Source: a virus. Taken from it: DNA of 36,863 nucleotides. The notes beneath the pieces were generated by a model, which worked only from the letters and a program-made list of their open reading frames with translations, was not told where the DNA came from and made no database searches. The translations under genes were made by a program, and so were the position numbers. The DNA is taken from IMG/VR virus record IMGVR_UViG_3300020049_006543, positions 1 through 36,863 of that record, one strand, 5' to 3'. This document shows, one piece after another, positions 1 through 7,800 of this stretch; the first letter of the stretch is position 1; every line of letters starts with the position of its first letter.

Positions 1-121
1 GTAACTTCCAAATGTACTTCGGGAACTGCAACGGCAACATTTAAAATTAATACTACAGCGCTAGGCGGAACGGCGAACTCGGTTTCAAGTTCCGAACAAT
101 CACAAACCCATTCTTCAGCTA
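1..121. repeat. Terminal overlap. Bases 1-121 are identical to 36743-36863, closing a circular or circularly permuted genome.
   Basis: Read directly: both ends read gtaacttccaaatgtacttcgggaactgcaacggc...cattcttcagcta. The repeat lies inside one continuous reading frame. Confidence 0.9.
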
Positions 122-222
122 ACGTAATGAGCGTTGGCGATGATTTGAATATAACCATATCAAGCGCATCAAGCTTGGTAAGCCCGATATTTTCAATAGA
201 ATATACAATAAGCTTAGTATAA
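1..222 (+). CDS. Tail fibre protein, C-terminal end. It continues 35288..36863 across the circular junction.
   Basis: Frame 1 is open from base 1 to TAA at 220-222. 35288-36742 is 1455 nt (485 codons), so the frames join exactly. The stop overlaps the next start (TAATG). It is absent from the ORF track because it has no start inside the window. Confidence 0.8.
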   Translation, partial: VTSKCTSGTATATFKINTTALGGTANSVSSSEQSQTHSSANVMSVGDDLNITISSASSLVSPIFSIEYTISLV

Positions 223-1004
223 TGCTGCCACTTAGTACAATAATACACATGTATTCTTCAACTGCCTACAGTAGCACGTTACGCCTTGATTTTGACGGAG
301 TTGATGAATACCTTTTAATAAGCGCGCCTTCATTCGCTGCTGATACTAAAACCGGCGGAAGAACGCTTAGTATGCGGGTTCAGATTGATAATTTCCCTGC
401 CGCAAATGCTATGTTATTTTCTGTTAGGGACGGCTCAACCTCAACGTATTCAGGGCTATGGAATTTAAGGCTATACTCTACAGGTGGTAACTGGTATTTC
501 GCACTTCAAAGAAGGGTAGAAAATGGCTCCAGCTTTAGTCCTGCGGGCATAATCTATAATTCAACGGCCTTATCTACTGGTACAAAATATATGGTGACTA
601 TTTCAACCAATGGCACAGGGCATAAAATACATGTGAACGGAGCTTCCGCTACTTCTGATACTGGCGATTCTGGCGATTGGTGGGGCGATTCTGTTTTTGG
701 TTTTCCGCCTACATTAGCCACTGTTGGGGCAACTGCTGCGCCTGCAGTATTTCTTGACGGAAAGGTTGATGAAATAACATACTGGAACAAACAACTTACT
801 AATACAGAAGTTGCAGAGCTTTATAATTCCGGTGCGCCTCTTGACCCAACAACCCATTCAGCGTCAGCAAATCTTGACGGCTGGTGGAAAATGGGCGAAG
901 ATATGGGGGGTAGTATTACTACTGTTTACGATAGCGTGAACTCAGATGATTTCACTTCGGTTAATATGGAAAATGGAGATATAGTCAGTGTCAGCTACCC
1001 TTAG
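222..1004 (+). CDS. LamG / concanavalin-A-like lectin domain protein (tail-associated, possible receptor or glycan binding).
   Basis: The motif LDGKVDEITYWNKQLTNTEVAELYNSG is typical of the Laminin_G_3 domain end. The gene follows the tail fibre directly with a TAATG overlap. Confidence 0.65.
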   Translation: MLPLSTIIHMYSSTAYSSTLRLDFDGVDEYLLISAPSFAADTKTGGRTLSMRVQIDNFPAANAMLFSVRDGSTSTYSGLWNLRLYSTGGNWYFALQRRVENGSSFSPAGIIYNSTALSTGTKYMVTISTNGTGHKIHVNGASATSDTGDSGDWWGDSVFGFPPTLATVGATAAPAVFLDGKVDEITYWNKQLTNTEVAELYNSGAPLDPTTHSASANLDGWWKMGEDMGGSITTVYDSVNSDDFTSVNMENGDIVSVSYP

Positions 1005-1221
1005 ATATTACATAAAAAATGTTGCAGACTTTCAAGAAGCTTGGTTGAAGAATGCACAACAAACTAACTTTGATACAGCCAGAAAGTCCTTAGACGGCAG
1101 CAAATTCATATTGAAGTATGAAAAAGGCTTGCAGCCAGAAGGCTTCGGCGAGGGCTATTCTCAGCAAGAGATAAAAGAGATTCTGAGGGGTGAAGAATGG
1201 AGCTTCCCCGATGAAGTGTAA
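988..1221 (+). CDS. Hypothetical protein (GTG start).
   Basis: 77-aa ORF with GGAG 9 nt upstream of the GTG and no in-frame ATG. It sits in the tail-fibre gene string. Confidence 0.5.
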   Translation: MSATLRYYIKNVADFQEAWLKNAQQTNFDTARKSLDGSKFILKYEKGLQPEGFGEGYSQQEIKEILRGEEWSFPDEV

Positions 1222-1231
1222 GTAATAATAA

Positions 1232-1259
1232 TTCAAAATATCAGAAAAAATGATATAAT
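1232..1259 (+). promoter_or_regulatory. Sigma70-like promoter with an extended -10 element.
   Basis: TTCAAA (1232-1237), a 16-nt spacer that ends in TGa, then TATAAT (1254-1259). It lies 19 nt upstream of the ATG at 1278. Confidence 0.45.
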
Positions 1260-1277
1260 TATAAAAAAGGGCTATTT

Positions 1278-1577
1278 ATGACAATAGAAAAATTACCTAA
1301 GTTTGACGCAGACGACCTGAATAATACTGATAAAATAGAGCTTGTTCGGTCAGCTATTAATAGCGCTATAGATGCGATAAATAGCGCTACAGCGACGCTT
1401 GCTGCACAACCGCAGAATAACTTTGCAGGCGACGGCGCGCCAGACGCAGACAACGACGAAACAGAAGGTTACAGCGTGGGTTCCGTATGGGTTGATATAA
1501 CGAATGATGCTTCCTATACTTGTGCCGATGCCTCAGAAGGGGCTGCTGTTTGGTTAGAAACCGGAACAAGTGCGTAA
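1278..1577 (+). CDS. Hypothetical small tail-fibre-like protein.
   Basis: 99-aa ORF. The C-terminal GYSVGSVWVDITNDASYTCADASEGAAVW resembles C-terminal motifs of phage fibre proteins. Confidence 0.6.
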   Translation: MTIEKLPKFDADDLNNTDKIELVRSAINSAIDAINSATATLAAQPQNNFAGDGAPDADNDETEGYSVGSVWVDITNDASYTCADASEGAAVWLETGTSA

Positions 1578-1580
1578 ATT

Positions 1581-1859
1581 ATGGCTGTTAGTGGCGAAAA
1601 ATACACAGCAACAAAATGGGAAATGATGCGTATTATAACGCCTGTTCTTATTCTGTTGTCGCTTTTCTTCATTAATCAGACATACGAACAAATCGTTAAG
1701 ACCGGAAACGAACTGCACGATTTACAGCTTCTTATCCGCGATATGCATAAGGATATTGAATTCCTTAGAACTACAAATGATAAGCAAGACAGGGCTATAG
1801 ACGACCTGCGAAGAATACGCTCAGAAATGAAGGGCAAGGATTTACCAATTTTAAATTAA
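1581..1859 (+). CDS. Membrane-anchored coiled-coil protein of the lysis cassette (holin/antiholin or i-spanin-like).
   Basis: One N-terminal TM segment (IITPVLILLSLFFI) followed by a charged helical tail. It lies immediately upstream of the holin-like and endolysin genes. Confidence 0.5.
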   Translation: MAVSGEKYTATKWEMMRIITPVLILLSLFFINQTYEQIVKTGNELHDLQLLIRDMHKDIEFLRTTNDKQDRAIDDLRRIRSEMKGKDLPILN

Positions 1860-1866
1860 GGTCTAT

Positions 1867-2355
1867 ATGATACTCGGAACTATCGCAAGCGCGCTTCTTG
1901 GCTCCGGCGGAGCCTTACTATCAAACATCATTACTTCATGGACAAAGTACATTCAGGATAGGGCGGATAAGGCGCACGAACTCGCGCTTCTTGAGCAGCA
2001 GTCCAAAATTGCGGCAATAGCGGCAGCAGAACGCGAAGCAATCTCAAAATATCAGGCCGAAGCAGATATGTATAAGGCTGAAACCGATAAGGATATGACG
2101 ATACAGAAGTATATCGCCGAATCTATACGCTCAAAGGACGGTCTTATTGCCCGCGTAAATGGTCTTATCAGGCCGGTGATAACAAGCGCGTTCAACGTTG
2201 TTTTCTTTTATGTTCTCATAAGCACGATAAGCTATTCATACGATTACGGCTTAACGCCTATTCAGCTATATGAACTGCCGATATTCTTAACCTTTCTTGA
2301 TACATTTACTTTGATAACTACGTTCTGGTTTACGAACCGTTCAATGAATAAGTAA
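1867..2355 (+). CDS. Putative holin, resembling the 'holin of 3TMs' (GTA-type) family.
   Basis: Gly-rich N-terminal TM, an Ala/Glu-rich coiled coil, and C-terminal hydrophobic helices. The stop overlaps the endolysin start (TAATG). Confidence 0.5.
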   Translation: MILGTIASALLGSGGALLSNIITSWTKYIQDRADKAHELALLEQQSKIAAIAAAEREAISKYQAEADMYKAETDKDMTIQKYIAESIRSKDGLIARVNGLIRPVITSAFNVVFFYVLISTISYSYDYGLTPIQLYELPIFLTFLDTFTLITTFWFTNRSMNK

Positions 2356-2840
2356 TGAAAATTGCAGAAAAAGGATTAAATCTTATCAAGTTCTTTGAGG
2401 GCTTGCGCCTGAAGGCTTACCGTTGCGTTGCGGGAGTTCTTACAATAGGCTACGGCTCAACGCGTGGCGTGACGGCAGGCCAGATAATAACCGAACAGGA
2501 AGCCGAAGAACGCCTGAAGAAAGATTGTGTATATTTTGAAAACGGTATCAGTAAGCTTGTGACCTCTGAGCTTAACCAGAACGAATTTGACGCGTTAATG
2601 TCTTTTACCTTCAACCTCGGCACAGGTGCTTTGCAGCGCTCAACGCTTCGTATGAAACTGAATCGCGGTGATTATGAAGGGGCAGCAGAAGAAATCTTAA
2701 AGTTCAATAAAGCGCGTGTACATGGTCAGCTTACTACGGTACAGGGGCTTACAAATAGAAGGCAGGCCGAATATAAACTATTCAAAGAGCCTGCCTTTAG
2801 TTTCTCAGGGCTATTTAGCCTATTACGCCAACGCCGGTGA
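2355..2840 (+). CDS. Endolysin, glycoside hydrolase family 24 (T4/lambda-type lysozyme).
   Basis: Motifs GLNLIKFFEGLRLKAYRCVAGVLTIGYG, NQNEFDALMSFTFNLGTGAL and GLTNRRQAEYKLF. It carries an extra hydrophobic/cationic C-terminal tail, AFSFSGLFSLLRQRR. Confidence 0.9.
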   Translation: MKIAEKGLNLIKFFEGLRLKAYRCVAGVLTIGYGSTRGVTAGQIITEQEAEERLKKDCVYFENGISKLVTSELNQNEFDALMSFTFNLGTGALQRSTLRMKLNRGDYEGAAEEILKFNKARVHGQLTTVQGLTNRRQAEYKLFKEPAFSFSGLFSLLRQRR

Positions 2841-2991
2841 AGATATAGATAAGTGCGAATACCACTATAACGCCCACAAGTGCAAAGTGGCTGTAAGCAG
2901 TTTTCTTTCTGCCTTCTTTGAAAGCATTAAAGCCGTGATAGGTTATAAGAGCAGTACATAGTACAAGAAACAGTCCTACTATAGATTCCAT
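2815..2991 (-). CDS. Small two-TM membrane protein (58 aa), not in the ORF track.
   Basis: Minus-strand ORF MESIVGLFLVLCTALITYHGFNAFKEGRKKTAYSHFALVGVIVVFALIYIFTGVGVIG. It is preceded by aaaaaggaaaacatcATG, the same RBS context as most genes here. It overlaps the endolysin 3' end by 26 nt, convergently. Confidence 0.6.
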   Translation of the reverse strand: MESIVGLFLVLCTALITYHGFNAFKEGRKKTAYSHFALVGVIVVFALIYIFTGVGVIG

Positions 2992-3024
2992 GATGTTTTC
3001 CTTTTTGGGTTACGTCCGATTATA

Positions 3025-3429
3025 TCACAAGAGCGCAGAAAAAAACAACAACGAATATATAATACAACAAATATATGAAATAATTAGTTTTCCTTTCTTT
3101 TTTGATTTCTGAAATCTTTTAAGGAAAAAGAAGCCTAAAGGATAAACCACAAGGCCGTGATAGAGCAGATTATAGTTTTCATAGGATATTCCGGCAATCA
3201 GGAACGAGTAGAAGAAAAGAGTTGATACCACACAGGAATAAAAGATTCTTTCGCTTGATGTTCTATAGAAGTGCGCGTCGTTAAGGAACTTTGATATTGT
3301 AAGGACGGCAAGCGGGATAATATAAATTATCGCAACAATCCAAGACCTGAAGATTAAAAAAGAAATAAAAAAAGCCGTTAAAATCATAAACGGCGTACAC
3401 GAAAATAGTTTCTTAAAGAGTTTTACCAT
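3025..3429 (-). CDS. Polytopic membrane protein (about 4 TM), moron-like.
   Basis: A 134-aa ORF is kept open in a stretch that looks clearly more AT-rich by eye than its flanks. It is strongly hydrophobic and has no recognisable SD. The start abuts the T-tract of the upstream terminator. Confidence 0.55.
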   Translation of the reverse strand: MVKLFKKLFSCTPFMILTAFFISFLIFRSWIVAIIYIIPLAVLTISKFLNDAHFYRTSSERIFYSCVVSTLFFYSFLIAGISYENYNLLYHGLVVYPLGFFFLKRFQKSKKKGKLIISYICCIIYSLLFFSALL

Positions 3430-3463
3430 AAAAAGAAAAGGCCGGTAAGGTAAGACCGGCCTT
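3430..3463 (-). terminator. Rho-independent terminator (minus strand) downstream of recT.
   Basis: A 9-bp stem (aaggccggt / accggcctt) with an 8-nt loop, followed on the minus strand by TTCTTTTTA. Confidence 0.7.
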
Positions 3464-3487
3464 CCTTACTGATAGCGTTAAACAACG

Positions 3488-4444
3488 TTATATCAGGTTT
3501 GTTTGACCAATAACAACAGGTTCATTCTGTTCTATTTTTGCTGTATTGTCAATTTCCTTTTTTTGCTCGGCCTTTATCAGTTCTTCCTGACGCTGAATGA
3601 AAATCTTTTGAATTTCCTTCGCTGCGGCTGGTTCATGCTTATAATAGGTGTTCAGGCTCTCGCGATTAACGATAAAAAACTCATTAAGCTTTTCAGGCAG
3701 CATTTCGCGAACGCTACGCGATACCGTATCAAATACCTGTCCTATGGCTATTTGCTTAACTACGCCCTTGTTCTCAGGTAGCAGCAAGCCTATAGCCTCA
3801 CCTGCTGCCGGTATATGCGCGGTTTTAGCCTTGAACTGCTCTTGCCTTAATTGTTCGCTGGCAAGCTCATTCGTCGGTTGCTGGAATTCTTCACGACCAG
3901 ATTCTTCTTGCGTATATATGCCGCCGAACTGTGAAGGGAAGGCTTTACGGAGTGCCTGCATTTCTGCACACTTGGCAAGCATATGATAAGGCATTTTAAC
4001 CCATGTATCTGAAAGTTTGCCATATTCTATTTTGGCGAATTCTTCCCAGCGCGCCTCACCTATGACCGGAAACCAATTGCCGTTCTTATCCATTTTATAG
4101 ATTTGAACCGTGCAACTATCTATTCCTTTCGGGTTTGTTGTTTTACTGGTTATAGCATCTTCTGTGCAGTGAATGAATACAGGCTTCTTATCGTCCGGCC
4201 TATATTCGCCGGTTGATTCTGCAATAGCCCGCGCGCCGTCAATGGAAGTTACAAAAACAAGCGTTCGTTTATCTGCATCTTTCTTATTGAAGACCTGCGC
4301 GTGAAGGTGACGTTCTAATATTGAAAGGCCGCGCCTGCGCGACACTTCAACATATAAATCAAATTCTTCAGGGTTTAAGTCTTTGCCGTAAGTGCGGCGT
4401 ATTAAGTCAAGCTGCTGTGCTGTGTAATGAATCAGTTCTGACAT
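3488..4444 (-). CDS. recT: RecT/Bet-family single-strand annealing recombinase.
   Basis: N-terminal pattern LDLIRRTYGKDLNPEEFDLYVEVSRRRGLSILERHLHAQVF...FVTSIDGARAIAESTGEY is typical of the RecT/Bet family. Confidence 0.8.
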   Translation of the reverse strand: MSELIHYTAQQLDLIRRTYGKDLNPEEFDLYVEVSRRRGLSILERHLHAQVFNKKDADKRTLVFVTSIDGARAIAESTGEYRPDDKKPVFIHCTEDAITSKTTNPKGIDSCTVQIYKMDKNGNWFPVIGEARWEEFAKIEYGKLSDTWVKMPYHMLAKCAEMQALRKAFPSQFGGIYTQEESGREEFQQPTNELASEQLRQEQFKAKTAHIPAAGEAIGLLLPENKGVVKQIAIGQVFDTVSRSVREMLPEKLNEFFIVNRESLNTYYKHEPAAAKEIQKIFIQRQEELIKAEQKKEIDNTAKIEQNEPVVIGQTNLI

Positions 4445-4468
4445 TGTATTACCTTTTTGTTGTTGTTG

Positions 4469-5191
4469 TTAAGTGCGCTTGAATGTTATTGAATAGCCTT
4501 CGCCTTCAAGTTTCGCGCCGGAAATCTCAAGAAAAGGGTTTTCCTGAATAACCTGTTCAAGCTTGTTTACTTTAGCTTTTAAGCGCTCAACCTTCAACAC
4601 TTTTCCGCGTTCCTGTTCGCTTTCTTTGAGCGCCTGCTCTGCCGCTTCCAAGTCAAGACGAACCTTGATAAGCTCTGAAGATGCGGCCTTATTCTTTTCG
4701 TTCTTTCTTAACTGGTCTTTCAACGATTCCTTATCAAGAGTAGTTACCATTTGCACGGTAACGAATGGCGTATCAGCCAGCTTCTTTTCATCTTCTATGA
4801 CCAGCTTTGAAGGGTTGTTTCGCTTATATACCGTATAAGCCGGACGCTCTATCTTATCAAGCTTTGTGCTTTCAAATACAAGGGCGGTGCAATCTTTAAG
4901 CTGCCTTGCGCGGTTCTTTGCGCGCTGAAGACGTGCATCAAGATATTCGGCCTGTGCTGTGATTCCGGTAATTACGATTTCTTCTTCCAGCAGCCTTTGA
5001 TTGATAATGTCCACTATCTCAAAAGTATTCGTGTTCCCTTCAAGATATGTTGAGATAACTTCTGGCGTAAGCTCAAATTCACCTTCCAGCAGTTCTTCAA
5101 GCCTCACCAGATTTGAAACTTCTGTGCGAAGCTCATTATTAAGTGAATAAGTGCTTATCTCTCTTATGTCGCCTTTTTTTACTGTTTGCAT
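4469..5191 (-). CDS. Siphovirus Gp157-like coiled-coil protein (partner of the recombination module).
   Basis: The architecture matches Sipho_Gp157: an N-terminal helical region, then KIERPAYTVYKRNNPSKLVIEDEKKL...ISGAKLEGEGYSITFK. It lies directly upstream of recT. Confidence 0.5.
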   Translation of the reverse strand: MQTVKKGDIREISTYSLNNELRTEVSNLVRLEELLEGEFELTPEVISTYLEGNTNTFEIVDIINQRLLEEEIVITGITAQAEYLDARLQRAKNRARQLKDCTALVFESTKLDKIERPAYTVYKRNNPSKLVIEDEKKLADTPFVTVQMVTTLDKESLKDQLRKNEKNKAASSELIKVRLDLEAAEQALKESEQERGKVLKVERLKAKVNKLEQVIQENPFLEISGAKLEGEGYSITFKRT

Positions 5192-5286
5192 TATATTACC
5201 TTTTGTTGTTGTTAAAACTTAACTTGCTTATTAAGCGTTCCTATATTATAGCTGGAAAATATAATGTAAACAAATATTTTGAAATT
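5192..5286. promoter_or_regulatory. Divergent early promoter region.
   Basis: Minus strand: TTGTTT (5268-5273), 17-nt spacer, perfect TATAAT (5245-5250). The -35 lies within a copy of the conserved aaatatttgtttac motif. Plus strand: TATAAT at 5260-5265 and TTGCTT at 5224-5229. Confidence 0.5.
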
Positions 5287-5727
5287 ATGTTAAAAATAAA
5301 TTCAGAGCAATACCTCAAGCTATTCGGTAACGAAGGCGGAAAGCCAGTTACAAGAAGGAAGCAATCAAAATATAAAAGTAAATCACAAATTACGAAAGAC
5401 GGATTTTTTCAGAGCAAAAAAGAGCTTGAGCGCTGGGAATATCTTGTCGGTCAAAACCTGCTTGGCAAAATATCGCAGCTTGAAAGACAGGTAAGATACC
5501 CATTCAGGCACAACGATATTCTTATCGCAACCTATATCGCTGACTTTCGCTATAAGAATAATAGAACCGGCGAAATCATTGTTGAAGATATGAAAAGCGA
5601 AATGACCGTAAAGCTTTCTGAATTCAGAATCAAAGCGCGAATGATGAAAGCATTCTACGACATTGATATTTTTATATGCATGAAGAAAGCAAACCAATTT
5701 TACACCACGCCTTTTTCAGAATTATAA
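5287..5727 (+). CDS. DUF1064-family protein (phage endonuclease / resolvase-like).
   Basis: Motifs KQSKYKSKSQITKDGFFQSKKELERWEYL, ATYIADFRYKNN and IVEDMKS match the DUF1064 pattern. I chose the ATG at 5287 because the upstream in-frame extension from 5143 runs through the promoter region and the gp157 gene. Confidence 0.8.
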   Translation: MLKINSEQYLKLFGNEGGKPVTRRKQSKYKSKSQITKDGFFQSKKELERWEYLVGQNLLGKISQLERQVRYPFRHNDILIATYIADFRYKNNRTGEIIVEDMKSEMTVKLSEFRIKARMMKAFYDIDIFICMKKANQFYTTPFSEL

Positions 5728-5789
5728 AAAATTTGTTGCATGATTATAAGGATTGAATATTTTTTACTTGTACTATAGAGAGTACGCCG

Positions 5790-5843
5790 AAGCGGCTAGG
5801 GTAGCACCCGAAAGCCTGTTCTCACTAGCAGGTTGCCGCTTTT
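5790..5843 (+). promoter_or_regulatory. Structured RNA element (branched hairpin plus U-run) in the leader of the initiator-like gene. It may be an attenuator or a small RNA.
   Basis: Outer stem aagcggc (5790-5796) / gccgctt (5835-5841) encloses ggg-tagca-ccc and cctg-N10-cagg hairpins, followed by TTTT (5840-5843). A possible promoter, TTGAAT(5753)-N15-TATAGA(5774), lies upstream. Confidence 0.35.
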
Positions 5844-5871
5844 AACATAGTGAATTTATAACGGTGAGGTT

Positions 5872-6489
5872 ATGAGCAACGACGATAACGAAATAAACAC
5901 AGGCTGGATAAAGCTACACAGAAGCTTACTTGAATGGGAGTGGTACTCAGACCTGAACACCAGAGTTCTATTTATACATTTTCTATTATTGGCGAATCAT
6001 GCTGAACAGAAGTGGCGTGGTATTACCATAAAAGAAGGTCAGTTCTTGACAGGGTTGAAATCCCTAGCTTCTACAACAGGGTTGACCCCGCAGCAGATAA
6101 GAACTGCAATTTCCAAACTTGAATCAACACGCGAAATAACACTCTACAGAACCAATAAATACTCAATTATTTCAATATCTAATTGGCATCGTTACCAGAC
6201 GGATAACAGGCAAATCAACATGAACTTAACAAACGAGCAACAAACAAATAACAAACAAGTAACAACAAACAAGAATACTAAAGAATTAAAGAATGAAAAG
6301 AATAAGGGAAGTTTTAAAAAAAATGAATTTTATGAAAATAAGAGCAAGTATCACCGTGACCGTACAGGCTCTTATGATAAGAAAGCGGATAGTATAGTGA
6401 AGGGCTTATCAGGAAAGATGAGGTTCTCGGAATCAGAACGGAAGAAACGAACAGAAGAATATCTGAAGACAGGAAAGCTTCCTGAATAA
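5872..6489 (+). CDS. Putative replication initiator / winged-helix DNA-binding protein.
   Basis: The N-terminal WIKLHRSLLEWEWYSD...FLTGLKSLASTTGLTPQQIRTAISKLES...ISNWHRYQ pattern recurs in phage replication/organizer proteins. A low-complexity N/K/Q/T linker coincides with DNA repeats. Confidence 0.5.
   Translation: MSNDDNEINTGWIKLHRSLLEWEWYSDLNTRVLFIHFLLLANHAEQKWRGITIKEGQFLTGLKSLASTTGLTPQQIRTAISKLESTREITLYRTNKYSIISISNWHRYQTDNRQINMNLTNEQQTNNKQVTTNKNTKELKNEKNKGSFKKNEFYENKSKYHRDRTGSYDKKADSIVKGLSGKMRFSESERKKRTEEYLKTGKLPE
6228..6270. repeat. Iteron-like phased repeats: 4 copies of AACAAAC inside the initiator-like gene (candidate origin).
   Basis: AACAAAC starts at 6228, 6239, 6250 and 6264 (spacing 11, 11 and 14 nt). 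An AT-rich tract follows at about 6271-6345. Confidence 0.4.
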
Positions 6490-6497
6490 AATATATC

Positions 6498-6515
6498 AAA
6501 ATATTTGTTTACTTA
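6498..6515 (+). promoter_or_regulatory. Conserved intergenic motif, copy A (aaaatatttgtttactta).
   Basis: It shares the TTGTTTACTT core with the copies at 8459, 11471 and 14295 and the minus-strand copy at 5266-5280. It starts 9 nt after the upstream stop codon and is followed by A/T-rich candidate -10 hexamers. Confidence 0.45.
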
Positions 6516-6582
6516 TATTAAAATATAAATAATAATCCCGATTCGGGTAAAACCGACTTTAACAACAAAAAAGGAAAAGACC

Positions 6583-6930
6583 ATGAACCTTGAAGAACTA
6601 AACCTTACTGAACATCAAAAGAATCTTATCGCCACAGTAGCAACCATGCGGGGCGGTCAGCTTCTTGATATGTTCGCAAGCGCTGTACAGGAATGCGTAA
6701 TAGTAGCGCAGACCACTAAGCAAAAAACAAAAGCTATTCTTGCCCTTGAGATAGAGGTCAAACAGGACGACCTGCTTCTTACCGGCGAAGTGGATAAGCG
6801 CATACCACAGAAGAAGCGCGTTTCTGATTATGTCTTCAGCGATATGCAGGGTAACCTGTTCAGAAACGACCCGCGACAAGAACAGATGTTCAAGGCTGGT
6901 CGCATAATGCAAGAGCCGATACCGGCTTAA
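6583..6930 (+). CDS. Hypothetical protein.
   Basis: 115-aa ORF preceded by the canonical aaaaaggaaaagaccATG initiation region. Confidence 0.7.
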   Translation: MNLEELNLTEHQKNLIATVATMRGGQLLDMFASAVQECVIVAQTTKQKTKAILALEIEVKQDDLLLTGEVDKRIPQKKRVSDYVFSDMQGNLFRNDPRQEQMFKAGRIMQEPIPA

Positions 6931-6960
6931 TATCAATAACAACCCAAAAAGGAAAAGAAA

Positions 6961-7800
6961 ATGTCAGCAAAGAAACCACAACAAAAACAAGACGCACAAG
7001 AAATTAAAGAAAGAATCCAGTTGATGCCGCAACTTGTGCCTTATGAAAAAAGGAAGCAGTTCTTACCATTTGATAAAGGCGGCATCAATAGCCACGAATG
7101 CGTAGTAGGCGAAGAAGGCTCTCACCTTATAGACCTTCAGCAGCTTAAAGCAGCGCCACGCCGCATTAAGGAAGAAGTTGAGTTCACGGACATACGAGGC
7201 TTTAAAGCTTATGTGAACGACTTCCGCGACGCGAACACCTCTGTTTTTATCAACAATAAGAACATCGTTGCAAAGCTGGACTACCACACAAAGAACCAGC
7301 CTTCATGGTCAAGCCACGAAGCAAGATATGCCTTTACGCTTAATAAAATGCTTGAGGCGTGGTTTAAGCAAGAGGGCGTACCGATACCACAGAAGGAATT
7401 TGCAAAGTTTCTGCAACTGAATTACCTGATAGTTAAGAATCCTTCGCATTCAGACCTTATCAGCTATGTAAGGCAGCTTCGCATTGAAACGAACCGCAAG
7501 GTAGAAAGCAACGTCGGAAACGGTAGTAACGAAATCAGCGTAAGCCAGAAAGAAACCGTTCTTACAGTCAACGGCGCGAAAATAACCGTTATTGAAGATA
7601 TAGTCCTTTCTTCACCGGTATTTGCAGGCCACGACAGCACGAACGATTTCAGGATTAAATGCTTCTGTTCAATGCAGCGCGATGAAATATACTTCCAGTT
7701 CTATTTCTTGGATAAGGAAGAAGTTATGTCGGCGCTATATGAAAAAATCAGACAAGAGCTTGTAAAAGAGTTCTCAGACTGTAAAATATACATAGGTTAA
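6961..7800 (+). CDS. DUF2303 / YfdQ-like phage protein.
   Basis: 279 aa. Size, position in the early region and the segment KLDYHT..PSWSSHEARYAFTLN..EAW...IPQKEFAKFLQ resemble the YfdQ family. Confidence 0.4.
   Translation: MSAKKPQQKQDAQEIKERIQLMPQLVPYEKRKQFLPFDKGGINSHECVVGEEGSHLIDLQQLKAAPRRIKEEVEFTDIRGFKAYVNDFRDANTSVFINNKNIVAKLDYHTKNQPSWSSHEARYAFTLNKMLEAWFKQEGVPIPQKEFAKFLQLNYLIVKNPSHSDLISYVRQLRIETNRKVESNVGNGSNEISVSQKETVLTVNGAKITVIEDIVLSSPVFAGHDSTNDFRIKCFCSMQRDEIYFQFYFLDKEEVMSALYEKIRQELVKEFSDCKIYIG

Noticed and set aside
1-121. Terminal 121-bp repeat read as an LTR/TIR of a mobile element or as a biological direct terminal repeat.
   Set aside because: The copies are direct and identical, and they sit in the middle of a continuous tail-fibre reading frame. 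That is what a circular assembly overlap looks like. Physical DTRs cannot be inferred without read-end data.
2716-2961. 81-aa plus-strand ORF starting inside the endolysin gene in another frame.
   Set aside because: It has no RBS and mostly overlaps the endolysin. The non-overlapping part is better explained by the minus-strand two-TM ORF 2815..2991, which has the genome-typical RBS.
5143-5286. N-terminal extension of the DUF1064 ORF (track start 5143).
   Set aside because: The extension overlaps the 5' end of the gp157-like gene and runs through the divergent promoter region. It encodes low-complexity Leu-rich sequence, and DUF1064 homology begins after the ATG at 5287.
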